64,000 nt of DNA, taken from the NCBI GenBank assembly GCA_029953675.1, contig JAMWBK010000007.1:1302001-1366000 (forward strand), given 5' to 3'. The position numbers and the translations under genes were made by a program. The DNA is from Rhodosorus marinus CCMP1338. Lineage: Eukaryota > Plantae > Rhodophyta. Numbering within the stretch: position 1 is the stretch's first letter; each line of letters starts with the position of its first letter. Shown here piece by piece: positions 22,001 to 34,602 of the stretch. Under the pieces are notes generated by a model. It worked only from the letters and a program-made list of their open reading frames with translations, had not been told where the DNA came from and ran no database searches.

Positions 22001-25000
22001 ACCCAACTCTTCGCGGTCGAAACGCAACCCAGACTCAAGTCCGTGCACAAGCTTACTTGATCGAACTGTTTTGCAATCAGAGCGGCGTCGTCGACTCGGC
22101 AACAGGCGAATGTGGATGCAGTTGCTCTGTTGACGATGGAGGCTGTATCGACACAGGAAACAACAACGAATGTCGGAGTATCTCAGAGTACGGAGAAGAT
22201 GCTTGTTCTGCTTTAGAGGTAGGCATGACCCAACCCTGCACGGTTGAATCGCAGCCTAGACTCAAGTCCGTGCACACGCTCACCTACTCGGACCGTTCTC
22301 GGACCAGATTGGCGTCGTCGATTCGGCAACAGGCGAGTGTGGATGCAATTGCTCTGTTGATGATGGGGGCTGCATAGACACAGCAAGTACCCAATGCCGG
22401 AGTCTCTTAGAGTACGGAGAAGATGCTTGTTCTGCGGTAGAGGTAGGAACCTTTCGCGGTCTAATAGCCACCAAGACTCAAGTGTGTGCACAATCTCAAT
22501 TACTCGAGCCGTTATCCAACCAGATCAGCGTCGTCGACTCCGCAACAGGCGAGTGTGGATGCAGTTGCTCTGTTGACGATGGAGGCTGCATAGACACAGC
22601 AAATAACCAATGCCGGAGTACCTTAGAGTACGGAGAAAATGTTTGTTCTGCGGTAGAGGTAAGAACCCTTCGCGGTTTAACAGCGACCAAGACTCAAGTC
22701 TTTGCACAAGCTCAATTACTCGAACCGTTCTCCATACAGATCGGCGTCTTTGATTCGGCAACAGGCGAGTGTGGATGCAGTTGCTCTGTTGACGATGGGG
22801 GCTGTATAGACATAGCAAACAACAACGAATGCCGGATTATCTCAGAGTACGGAGAAGATGCATGTCCTCGTTTAGAGGTAGGCATGACCCAACTCTTCGC
22901 GGTCGAAACGCAACCCAGACTCAAGTCCGTGCACAAGCTTACTTGATCGAACTGTTTTGCAATCAGAGCGGCGTCGTCGACTCGGCAACAGGCGAATGTG
23001 GATGCAGTTGCTCTGTTGACGACGGAGGCTGTATCGACACAGGAAACAACAACGAATGTCGGAGTATCTCAGAGTACGGAGAAGATGCTTGTTCCACTTT
23101 AGAGGTAGGCATGACCCAACCCTGCAGGGTGGAAACGCAACCTAGACTCAAGTCCGCGCAGAAGCTCACCTACTCGGAACGTTCTCGGACCAGATTGGCG
23201 TCGTCGATTCGGCAACAGGCGAGTGTGGATGCGATTGCTCTGTTGATGATGGGGGCTGCATAGACATAGCAAGTACCCAATGCCGGAGTATCTCAGAATA
23301 CGGAGAAAAAGCTTGTTCTGCGGTAGAGGTAGGAACCTTTCGCGGTCTAATAGCCACCAAGACTCAAGTGTGTGCACAATCTCAATTGTTCGAGCCGTTA
23401 TCCAACCAGATCAGCGTCGTCGATTCCGCAACAGGCGAGTGTGGATGCAGTTGCTCTGTTGACGATGGAGGCTGCATAGACACAGCAAATAACCAATGCC
23501 GGAGTATCTCAGAGTACGGAGAAAATGTTTGTTCTGCAGTAGAGGTAAGAACCCTTCGCGGTTTAACAACGACCAAGACTCAAGTGTGTGCACAAGCTCA
23601 ATTACTCGAACCGTTCTCCATACAGATCGGCGTCGTTGATTCGGCAACAGGCGGGTGTGGATGCAGTTGCTCTGTTGACGATGGGGGCTGTATAGACATA
23701 GCAAACAACAACGAATGCCGGATTATCTCAGAGTATGGAGAAGATGCATGTCCTCGTTTAGAGGTAGGCATGACCCAACTCTTCGCGGTCGAAACGCAAC
23801 CCAGACTCAAGTCCGTGCACAAGCTTACTTGATCGAACTGTTTTGCAATCAGAGCGGCGTCGTCGACTCGGCAACAGGCGAATGTGGATGCAGTTGCTCT
23901 GTTGACGATGGAGGCTGTATCGACACAGGAAACAACAACGAATGTCGGAGTATCTCAGAGTACGGAGAAGATGCTTGTTCTGCTTTAGAGGTAGGCATGA
24001 CCCAACCCTGCACGGTTGAATCGCAGCCTAGACTCAAGTCCGTGCACACGCTCACCTACTCGGACCGTTTTCGGACCAGATTGGCGTCGTCGATTCGGCA
24101 ACAGGCGAGTGTGGATGCAATTGCTCTGTTGATGATGGGGGCTGCATAGACACAGCAAGTACCCAATGCCGGAGTATCTCAGAGTACGGAGAAAATGCTT
24201 GTTCTGCGGTAGAGGTAGGAACCTTTCGCGGTCTAATAGCCACCAAGACTCAAGTGTGTGCACAATCTCAATTACTCGAGCCGTTATCCAACCAGATCAG
24301 CGTCGTCGACTCCGCAACAGGCGAGTGTGGATGCAGTTGCTCTGTTGACGATGGAGGCTGCATAGACACAGCAAATAACCAATGCCGGAGTACATCAGAG
24401 TACGGAGAAAATGTTTGTTCTGCGGTAGAGGTAAGAACCCTTCGCGGTTTAACAGCGACCAAGACTCAAGTCTTTGCACAAGCTCAATTACTCGAACCGT
24501 TCTCCATACAGATCGGCGTTGTTGATTCGGCAACAGGCGAGTGTGGATGCAGTTGCTCTGTTGACGATGGGGGCTGTATAGACATAGCAAACAACAACGA
24601 ATGCCGGATTATCTCAGAGTACGGAGAAGATACATGTCCTCGTTTAGAGGTAGGCATGACCCAACTCTTCGCGGTCGAAACGCAACCCAGGCTCAAGTCC
24701 GTGCACAAGCTTACCTACTCGGGCGGTTCTTGGACCAGATTGGCGTCGTCGATTCGGCAACAGGCGAGTGTGGATGCAGTTGCTCTGTTGATGATGGAGG
24801 CTGTATCGACACTTCAAACAACAACGAATGCCGGAGTATTTCAGAGTACGGAGAAGATGCTTGTTCTGCTTTAGAGGTAAGCATGACCTAACCCTGCACG
24901 GTTGAATCGCAACCGAGACTCAAGTCCGTGCACATGCTCACCTACTTGGACCGTTTTCGGACCAGATTGGCGTCGTCGATTCGGCAACAGGCGAGTGTGG

Positions 25001-26667
25001 ATGCAATTGCTCTGTTGATGATGGGGGCTGCATAGACACAGCAAGTACCCAATGCCGGAGTATCTCAGAGTACGGAGAAAATGCTTGTTCTGCGGTAGAG
25101 GTAGGAACCCTTCGCGGTCTAATAGCCACCAAGAATGAAGTGTGTGCACAATCTCAATTACTCGAGCCGTTATCCAACCAGATGAGCGTCGTCGATTCCG
25201 CAACAGGCGAGTGTGGATGTAGTTGCTCTGTTGACGATGGAGGCTGCATAGACACAGCAAATAACCAATGCCGGAGTACCTCAGAGTACGGAGAAAATGT
25301 TTGTTCTGCGGTAGAGGTAAGCACTAAGCACTAGCCCTGAAAATCAGACCGATATCGTGCAAGTACTTTTCTGCATTCGGAGTGACCAACACATGGACTC
25401 TCTTTTCCTTTATTTGATCAGTTCGGGAGTGTGAATACGAGTACTGGCGCATGCAAATGTGTCTGTGATTCCACTGTCGCATGCTTTGACCGCAAAACAA
25501 ACAAGTGCAGGACGCTTGATCAATATGGAACGGAATTCTGCTCTCCCGGACAGGTATACCACGCACTCACTGAACTGTGCCCGTATGGACAGAATCTCTT
25601 ACTGCTCTCGGATTTGATACTTTCTCTTTATCAGGCCCCCTTTTTCACTAGTAGAACGGGCAGCTGCGCATGCTGCCACAATGCACCGGGCGACGACCAG
25701 TGCATCTTTAACGGAACTTGTATTGACAAGCATTCATTTGCTGTGCGTTTTTGCGATTCTGGTGCGGCTACGCAGGACGCCAGCGGACTTTGCACATGCG
25801 ATACCGATTGCTCAGTAGATCGAACCTTAGATTATAGGGATCACACAGGTTTTAGAACACTCCATACCCTCCTCGAATCCATGAAAGATAATCCTTAAAG
25901 CTGACCGCCAACTCTACGCTTTTAGGTGGGGGCTGCCCCGAGGAGTGATAGCACAGAACAATGTGAGCGCTGCGTGACGGACGATAGCACCTGTGCAAAC
26001 GTGGACGGTGGCATAGATAACGCAACGTGTGTCAGCGTTTTACTCGGCTTGCAATAGCTCTGAAGTGAGAAAAAGCACTGAGAAAAAATCTGTTGTTTTG
26101 TTCGGCTCGATTTTCCATACACCCTTCTCATTCATGTGTGTCCTAAACTTTCTGTTTGTGATGAGAGCAGAAACCGTACACTGATGATGAAAAATACAGC
26201 TGTTGTCCAGTCGGTGATGAGACCGCTGAACGCTGCTTAGTGGCCCCCGGGATTCGTCTTCATGACAAATGGTGGTTCCCAGCGCCCGAGCCACCCAGGT
26301 CAGGCGCGCCATCGGCGCCTGGGTTTGCACGCTTCCCCATCTAGTGCTTAAGTTCCTTTTCAAGCCATGCGTAGCGCTTTAGGCTATTCTAACAAAGCCA
26401 ATAAAAAGCAGTTTGAATGATATGGCGGTGAAAGCTTTCCGACCAGCACAAGCACGTCTTCGCGCTTGTGTAGCAGCTACACATCCAAGCGCCTTTGGAA
26501 TCAATACTCACCCTCATCTGACCTCTTCTGCCTCCTTCCTCTAATCATCTGTTGTTACTACTCGATAGGTATTAACTTCAAGCGAAGGTTTTTGCAACTG
26601 CGACCTTTGTACTAACAGCCAGTGCCTTGACAAGACTTATGGCACCTGTGAAGATCCCGACGAATGA
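19090..26667 (+). CDS. Secreted, multi-exon Cys-rich repeat protein (~30 exons; 23 near-identical 45/46-aa exons); 3' end possibly damaged
   Basis: Signal peptide MNRLAAFVLLSMAFLKLTAG. Exon 1 is 19090-19752, followed by phase-0 GT..AG introns. Exons 19832-19966 and 20076-20213, then 23 exons of 135 or 138 nt from 20299-20436 to 25182-25316 (IGVVDSATGECGCSCSVDDGGCIDT..NNECRSISEYGEDACSALE), separated by 81-89-nt introns. Later exons: 25422-25553, 25635-~25814, 25926-~26064, ~26171-, 26569-26667. The last few boundaries are tentative. Confidence 0.85.
20299..25316 (+). repeat. Tandem array of 23 exon+intron units (216-227 bp) with an 886-bp four-unit higher-order period
   Basis: Equivalent ORFs start at 21943, 22829, 23715 and 24601 (spacing 886). 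Introns are as conserved as exons. Confidence 0.95.
26302..26411 (+). mobile_element. Short CRE-A 3' end inside the 3' part of the Cys-repeat gene
   Basis: AGGCGCGCCATCGGCGCCTGGGTTTGCACGCTTCC...GCGTAGCGCTTTAGGCTAT. Confidence 0.82.
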
Positions 26668-26852
26668 AGCACTAACAATAACTGCGCTGTAAGTGTTTTC
26701 CTGCAGAAGAACTCTCATCTCGACAGCCACCATACGAAATACGGCAAGAATCCTCCCCTATTTTCCGCCCATCTCTGACAATTGTGGTGTTCTGATGGAT
26801 TCTAGCTTGTCAAGGAGGATGCGGAAGGTTTCTGCAAGTGTGCGAACCCATG

Positions 26853-29509
26853 GCGGTTGGCGACCTGAGCCGAGCGGCACGGGTCTTGGAGGGTCAGGTG
26901 CCTGTGCTCCCCTATGACGAGAGCCTCGACCAGACTGTGTCGGCGTTGTTCCCCTCGTCCGACGTGGACTTGCTGCCCGAATTCGAGGCATTTGTAGACC
27001 GTCCAGAGTTGGCCAGGTTCTGCATCGACCTGACGCTCCATGAGTCTGATCTGGAGGATTTGCTCCAGACCTCCCGTCGTGGACGCTGCCCTGGACCCTC
27101 TGGGCTACGAAACGGGATTACTGCAGGCCTTCAGCAAGCCTGGCCACAGCGCCCTGGTGAAGATCCTGAATACGCTGTTCCAGGGTGCAGGGGGTGCGTC
27201 TGCCCCTTGGGACCATCTGCGACGGGAACAGCTTTGCTTGCTAACGAAACCCGACCACGAGCCGGCACACCCGCGTCTCCGGCCGATCGGCATGGTTGAG
27301 AGTCTACGGAAGCTCGCCGGGAGGTGGCTATGCCAGCGCCTACGACATCGAGTCACTGCTCTTATGGCGCCATAGCAGGTAGGGTTGGGATTTTCTGGGG
27401 GTTGCGAACTGATCACTCATGCGATCGAGCTCGAGCGAGCCAGTAAGCCTGATTGGGGCGTTTTTTGGTAGTTGACTTCCGTAACGCGTTCAACAGCGTC
27501 TCGCGGACGCATGTACCCTGCGAATCACCTTTGGATGTGATTCGAAGGGTACTCCCGGAGACGTGGCCGTTCCTATCCGGTATTTACGGAGAGGGGAGCC
27601 TCCCTTACATGACAACGCAGTGTTCTTGCAGCACGTGCTTGCGTTCAGCAGGGTGATCCTTGTGTGCCTGTGCTTCACGACTGTACCTTCCAGCTCGTGC
27701 TCCAGCGACTGGCGGCTGAGGTTCCGGAGCTTCGCATCTGTGCCTACCATGACGACGTGACGTTGCTGGGCACCCCTGAGCACTTGGCTCGAGGATTGAT
27801 CTAGATCGAAGCAATCGCACGTGGAGTAAGTATAACCGTGGAACCCGGAAAATGTCGTTTTCTCGGCCCGCGTGAAGTTTCGAGGGGCTCCCTGCCACCT
27901 AGTCTCCGAGCCTCTGGTGAACGTGCGGGGCTCGAGCACGATGGCGTCGGTTTGGGGAGTGACAACTTTGTCCAAGACTCTTGCGAACGAGTTTTAGCAC
28001 GCCAAAAGCAGCTCACCGACGCCATTGAGCGCCTACCGGACAGCATGATCCAATCGGCTTGCCTGCTCTCCCACTTTTGTGCCGGTCCCCGACTGAATTA
28101 CTGGCTGCGAAGCCTTCCACCTCACTGGGGCTCGTGGATGGCAACCAAGGCGAACGAGGCGACGCTGAAGCACTGGGGAACGCTCCTGGATGAACCCCTG
28201 GATGTGGGAGCGGCTCCTGACGGGGACCTAATTCGTGGCCAGATTGCCCTACCTTTACGATTAGGCGGATTTGGAGTGGCCGACCGTGGACTTGCATGCT
28301 TGGCTGCGGCGGTCGCCTCCTGGGCTACCGCGCTTCGCACCTTGGTGAGTTTTCGGATGCGAAGTGCTTGCCTCTTGGCTAGAGTACTGACTAGAGAAGA
28401 CCCCGTGACCCTTCCACCACCGCTTTTGAGTATCTATGATGCTCTCCAACAGGCGTTCAGTAAGTGCGACGCCGTGCCGGACGAGAACCTATCTAGATTT
28501 CGCTCCTGGAAGGAGCTGTTATGGGGACGAACTGAGGTGCTCGAGGACTCTCCTATCGACAGAGTACTCGCCGACGAGAGGGAAGCTAGCCCCGGGTCAC
28601 CGGTTGCCGATTACCCGGGTCTGAGCCGATTGTGGAGCTCGCGCACTGATGTGATTCAACATAGCCTCACCTGGGGCCAACACAGTGCCGCTCACGCAAT
28701 CTTGCTCAACTCTCTCCTCACACCGCCTACCACCGCCGCTCGCCTCCGTGGAATGGCAGGCCATCTTTCACATCTGTGGTTAACGACCCTGCCGTCATCA
28801 CTCGGTCACCCTCTGCATGCCTTCCAGTTTCGCTGTGCCGCACGGATTTACCTGGGTTTGCAACAAGCTCCGTGGCACCCTAATCGGCCGTTTTTCTGTC
28901 AGGGATGCGAGAGTCGGATCGATGATTGTGGTTATCATTTCTTAGATTCATGCGGACTGTCGAGAGGTCTTCGTACAAGGCGTCACACTCGCTTCAGGTA
29001 CATTCTCAGCGAATGTTTGACTCAGGTAGGGCATACGGTTGAGGTGGAATCGGAACTTCTCAGATCGGTCTCGGATAGGGCACCGCCCCGCTGTATCGCA
29101 GATCTCCTCGTCTCCGATGCTGCCGCCAGACGCTCAGCATATGTTGAACTCGCGATTACATGCCCTGTGGCAAGCGCCCGTCTCACGGCTGCCACCTGCC
29201 GTCGGGGAGCAGCTGCTTCGGCCCTTCGCCGCGTGAAGGAACGACGGTATGCTGAGAGTATGGTCAGTCTGCCTCTCGCTGAGGGTCGCTCCCACCAGTT
29301 CCCGCCTTTCATTGTGGAAAGCTTTGGTCACGTGGAGAAGGTGGGTTTGGAGTGGTTGCGAAAATGTTTAACTGAACATCCTGTTTTTGCGGCGTCTAAG
29401 TGTCTCTCTGCGGCGATATTCGAGCAGCATGCTTGCCGAGGCGCGCCATCGGCGCCTGGGTTTGCACGCTTCCCTACCTAGTTCTTAGTTCCTTTTGACG
29501 GCTTGCGTA
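26853..29509 (+). mobile_element. 5'-truncated, decayed CRE-A' copy (RT to REL)
   Basis: DLSRAARVL, PRLRPIGMVE, FLVVDFRNAFN, AYHDD, ORF 27838-29481. Several frameshifts. Confidence 0.92.
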
Positions 29510-32170
29510 TGTCGATTTGCCGCTGCCAGTAGGGGGGTTGGAGTTGGTTTTCGGATTGCGATTGGAGCCGTGTTGCGGTCCGAGAGTGTTCTTAGTTGCA
29601 GGCGCAGCCTCTCGCTGTCTTTTTCCCCGCTTTTGGGGGTCTCTTGGTTGGTTCTCGGATATTCTCCCCCTTTGTGTGTGTTCGATCCAGAGCTTTCGGT
29701 CTGCGGCGCTGGATTGTGCGGGATATTTTGGTCGGGTTCCTTCGTGAAGCTCCTGTTCAATATACTCTTCTGTGATGGCCGGGGTTCCTCCGCGCTCCAC
29801 TCCTGAGGATCCGGAGATCCCGCGGGCGGAGGTGTCTACTGAGGGTGGACACACAGTGGCTCTTCGTGCAGGCCCTTTCTCCACGCAGGTGGAGTTACAG
29901 GGCGCTTCTGGTACGCAAGTGCGTGCCCTGCTCTCTGCTGTAACAAGCCTGATTACGGCCGCGGGCGATCGAGTTGTCATTCCTCAGCTGACCCAGAAGC
30001 TAGGGGGGCTGGAATCGGGTCTCCTCGCGAGGGAAAATTCCCGAGAATTTGAATTCCAGCCGGTTGGCCAAGCTGGCGGAAGACAGTCGACTTCCCCTGG
30101 TCAATCAACAACCTGTCCCGGGACAGGCGAGGGCGGCTCCGGGATCTGGAGGTGACAAAGGTGGTTCCGCAGCTGGTGCCTCTTCGGAGATGGGTGCAGA
30201 GCCGCCTAATCCTTCGAATGTTCCCTCAGCTGGAGCGGACTTTCCCGTCCTGGGCCAGCCCTCAGGTGTGCGACAGCTCCAAGCCAAGGCGGGGGCACGC
30301 GGTGGTCCCAAGGGGGCCCCGTATTTTACGTCTCAGTTTTGGGGAAGGGTACCACAGTTGCACGAACGGCGGCTATGTTAAGATTTTTGCCCTCTCGCGA
30401 GCAGCAGGGCGGATCTGCGGAGACTACTTTGCAATTCCTCTGGGTGCGCAACGTCCGGCCCCAGACTACAAGGGGCGAGGTCCCGTCCATGCGAGATTTT
30501 CGGGATACTTTTGCGGAGTCTTTGGGGTGTAGCCACGAAGACTTCATCTTCGCAAATTATGAGGGTCGCTATGTCCTCTTTGTGGTCACGTCGACCGCGG
30601 CCACGTACCTACAGGCCCTGCTGAGCAGTGGCCGGAGAGCGCCCGCTGGTTGCGTTCTCAACCCCAGGTCGTATTGCATTTCGGGTTCGACCGTTTTTCC
30701 GGCACTTTCCTCTCTCCCGGAGAAACAGAAAGGCTATCTGAGCACGAGACCAGTGTGAAATCTGCAGCCATCCATTGGCTTCGCATTCATCGCATGGAGC
30801 GGATACTTTTGGGCGTTTTGCATCGGGTCCACGCCATCTGCGCGCAGCCGCCTCTACCTTTTTTGACCGGGAGAGGCACCTTGTGCTGACCTCAAGTCAC
30901 AAGGCAGAGCTACGGCGTTTGGGAGTATTAGAGGGCTTCGCTCCAAGCACCACGTCCAGTGCGAGTGGCGAGGAAGGGGAGCTGGAGGTCGTGTCGGTCG
31001 AGAACGCCCCTATTACTTTGTTGAATCCCGGGGGAGCCATCCCGCGAGCCTCGCGGAGTGGCCGGTTGACCAGTTTGGTGAGGTTAGGAGGCAAGCGCGC
31101 GAGGACCGACTCCCCCGGGTTTAAGGGGGAGAAGCACGATTAGCTCTCCCGGCACGGCTGCGAGGTCGCAGCCAATGGACCTGCAGGCTTATGTCCTCAA
31201 GGAGGGCGGAGACTGGGGCATCTGGCGCACGCGCCTGCGGAGTTGGCTCCGGCGATGGATTTCTTTGGAAGGAGGCTCACTACCCCTCCGGGGGAGGATT
31301 CCGCCTCTTGTCCTCCCTCGAGGAGAGCTCTCCATGGCTGGGACAATTCTGGATTTTATTTTCCAGAGTTTGGCGCGTAATCAACGGGACGTCGCTATGT
31401 GGGAACTTTTGGGGGTCATGCCGCGCCTGATCCTGGCACCTATTCACACATCGGAGCGCAGATGGCGCGTCTGAGAACGACTGGCCATTTTCCTGAAGGG
31501 GGAATTTGAGGTGTTGCAGCAAAGCTACTTGGCCTCATCCGAGGCATCCGGCCGGAGGACTCGTGCTGGGACAGCCTCGCCTAAGACGACTCGAGTGCAG
31601 GAATTGGTGGCGGCTGCCGACCTGAGCCGAGCGGCACGGGTCTTGGAGGGTCAGGTGCCTGTACTCTCGTACGACGATAGCCTCGAACAGGCTGTGTCGG
31701 CGTTGTTCCCCTCGTCCGACGTGGACTTGCTGCCCGAATTCGAGGCATTTTTAGACCGTCCAGAGTTGGCCAGGTTCCGCATCGACCTGACGCTCCATGA
31801 GTCTGATCTGGAGGATTTGCTCCGGACCTCCCGTCGTGGACGCTGCCCTGGACCCTCTGGGCTACGAACGGAATTCCTGCAGGCCTTGAGCAAGCCTGGC
31901 CACAGCGCCCTGGTGAAGATCCTGAATACGCTGTCCCAGGGTGCAGGGGGTGTGTCTGCCCCTTGGGACCATCTGCGACGGGAACAGCTTTGCTTGTTAA
32001 CGAAACCCGACCACGAGCCGGCACACCCGCGTCTCCGGCCGATCGGCATGGTTGAGAGTCTACGGAGACTCGCCGGGAGGTGGCTATGCCAGCGCCTACC
32101 TCAGCGAGTCACCGCCTTTATGGAGCCTTGGCAGGTAGGGGTGGGATTCTCCGGGGGTTGCGAGCTAATC

Positions 32171-32233
32171 ACCTGCGGAAGGATCATTCACAAAAAGAGT
32201 TGAAGAGCCTGGGAGGGTTTTCTTCGACACATC
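32171..32233 (+). pseudogene. Retro-captured 18S rRNA 3' end plus probable ITS1 start
   Basis: ACCTGCGGAAGGATCATT (32171-32188) matches the conserved eukaryotic 18S 3' terminus exactly over 18 nt. It is followed by 45 nt not found in CRE-A. Confidence 0.82.
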
Positions 32234-32462
32234 CTTTGGTCACGTGGATAAGTCGGGTTTAGAGTGGTTGCGGAAATGTTTTGCTGAGCATCCTACTGAA
32301 TATTTGGCGCTCTTGAGGCGTTTAAGTGTCTCCCTTTGGCGATATTCCAGCGACATGCTTTCCGAGGCGCGCCAGCGGCGCCTGGGGTTGCATGCTTCCC
32401 TCCCTAGTTATTAGTTCATCTTCACGCCTTGCGTAGCGCTTCAGGCTATGCTAGTAAAGTCC
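32174..32462 (+). mobile_element. Chimeric insertion: pre-rRNA fragment plus 5'-truncated CRE-A, within 11-bp TSD AGCTAATCACC
   Basis: TSD at 32163-32173 and 32463-32473. The CRE-A part 32234-32462 is near-identical to 39185-39415. Confidence 0.88.
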
Positions 32463-34602
32463 AGCTAATCACCCATACGATCGAGCTCGAGCGAGCCAGT
32501 AGGTCTGATTGGGGCGTTTTGGTGGTTGACTTCCGCAACGCGTTCATCAACATCGTCTCGCGGACGCATGCTTTGGAGGTGATTCGCAGGGTTTTCCCGG
32601 AGGCGTGGCCGTTCCTATCCGGTATTTACGCACGGGGGAGCCTCCCTTACTTGACAACGCAGGGCTGTGTTTTTGCAGCACGTACTGGCGTTCAACAGGG
32701 TGATCCTTGTGGGACGGTACTTCACGCGTGTGCCTTGCAGTTCGTGCTCCCGCGTCTGGCGGCTGAGGTGCCGGAGCTTCGCATCTGTGCCTACCATGAC
32801 GACGTGACGCTGCTGGGCACTCCTGAGCACATGGCTCGGGGATTGACCCAGATAGAAGCACTCGTACGTGAAGTTGGTCTAACGGTGGAACCCGAAAAAC
32901 GTCGTTTTCTCGGCCCGCGTGAAGTTTGGAGGAGCTCCCTGCCACCTAGTCTTCGAGCCCTTGGTGAATATGCGGGGCTCGAGCACCATGGCGTCGGTTT
33001 TGGGAGTTGCAACTTTGTCCAAGACTCTTGCGAACGATTTTTAGCACGCCATAAGCAGCTCACCGACGCCATAAGGAGCTAACCGACGCCATTGAGCGCC
33101 TACCGGACAGGATGATCCAATCGGCTTGCCTGCTCTCCCGTTTTTGTGCCGGCGCCCGACTGAATTACTGGCTGCGAAGCCTTCCACCTCACTGGGGCTC
33201 GTGGATGGCAGCCAAGGCGGACGAGGCGACGCTGAAGCACTGGGGAACGCTCCTGGATGAACCCCTAGATTTGGAAGCGGCTCCTGACAGGGACCTAATT
33301 CGTGGCCAGATTGCCCTACCTTCACGATTAGGCGGATTTGGAGTGGCCGACTGGGGACTCGTATGCTCGGCAGCAGCGGTCGCCTCCTGGGCTACCGCGC
33401 TTCGCACCTTGGTGAGTTTTCGGATGCGAAGTGCTTGCCTTTTGGCTAGAGCATTGACTAGCGCAGACACCGTGACCCTTCCGCCACCGCTTTTGAGTAT
33501 CTATGATGCTCTCCAGCAGGCGTTCAGTAAGTGTAACACCGTGCCGGACGAGAGCCGATCTAGATTTCGCTCCTGGAAGGAGCTGTTATGGGGACGAACT
33601 GAGGTGCTCGAGGACTCTCCCATCGACAGAGTACTCGCCGGCGAGGGGGAAGTTAGCCCCGGGTCACCGGTTGCCGATTACCCGGGTCTGAGCCTATTGT
33701 GGAGCTCGCGCACTGATGTGATTCAACATAGCCTCACCTGGGGCCAACACAGTGCCGCTCACGCAATCTTGCTCAACTCTCCACTCACACCGCCTACCAC
33801 CGCCGCTCGCCTCCGCGGTATGGCAGGCCATCTATCACATTTGTGGTTAACGACCCTGCCGTCATCACTGGGTCACCGCCTGGATGCCTTCCAGTTTCGC
33901 TGTGCCGCACAGATTTACCTGGGTTTGCCACAAGCTCCGTGGCACCCTAATCGGCCGTCTTTCTGTCAGGGATGTGAGAGTCGGATCGATGCTTGTGGAT
34001 ACCATTTCTTAGGTTTATGCGGACTGTTGAGAGGTCTTCGTACGAGGCGTCACACTCGCTTCAAGTACATTCTCAGCGAATGTCTGACTCGGGTAGGGCA
34101 TACGGTTGAGGTGGAATCGGAATAACCCAGATCGGTCTCGGATAGGGCACCGCCCCGCTGTATCGCAGATCTCCTCGTCTCCGATGCTGCCGCCAGACGC
34201 TCAGCATATGTTGACCTCGCGATTACATGCCCTGTGGCAAGCGCCCATCTCACGGCTGCCGCCCGCCGCCGAGGAACAGCTGCTTCGGCCCTTTCCCGCG
34301 TGAAGTAACGACGGTATGCGGAGGGTATGGGCAGCCTGCCTCGCGCTGAGGGTCGCTCCCACCGGTTCCAGCCTTTCATTGTGGAGAGCTTTGGTCACGT
34401 GGAGAAGATGGGTTTGGAGTGGTTGCGAAAATGTTTAACTGAACATCCTGTTTTTGCGGCGTCTAAGTGTCTCTATGTGGCGATATTCGAGCAGCATGCT
34501 TGCCGAGGCGCGCCATCGGCGCCTGGGTTTGCACGCTTCCCTATCTAGTTCTTAGTTCTTTTTGACGGTTTGCGTAGCTTTTTAAGCTATGCTAATAAAG
34601 CC

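Larger units (their letters stand above)
29511..34602 (+). mobile_element. Full-span but frameshifted CRE-A' copy, head-to-tail with its neighbours
   Basis: ATG 29775 MAGVPPRSTPE... is homologous to MVGISPRSTEP at 34854. ORF pieces at 30339, 30775, 31175, 31511, 32429 and 33112. Ends GCTATGCTAATAAAGCC at ~34602. Confidence 0.92.

Noticed and set aside
20299-25316. CRISPR-like regular repeat array
   Set aside because: Units are 216-227 bp, fully repeated with no unique spacers, and explained by coding exons and GT-AG introns.
33062-33092. Apparent 11-bp TSD around a 9-nt insert
   Set aside because: Better explained as a 20-nt tandem duplication of AAGCAGCTCACCGACGCCAT with two substitutions.
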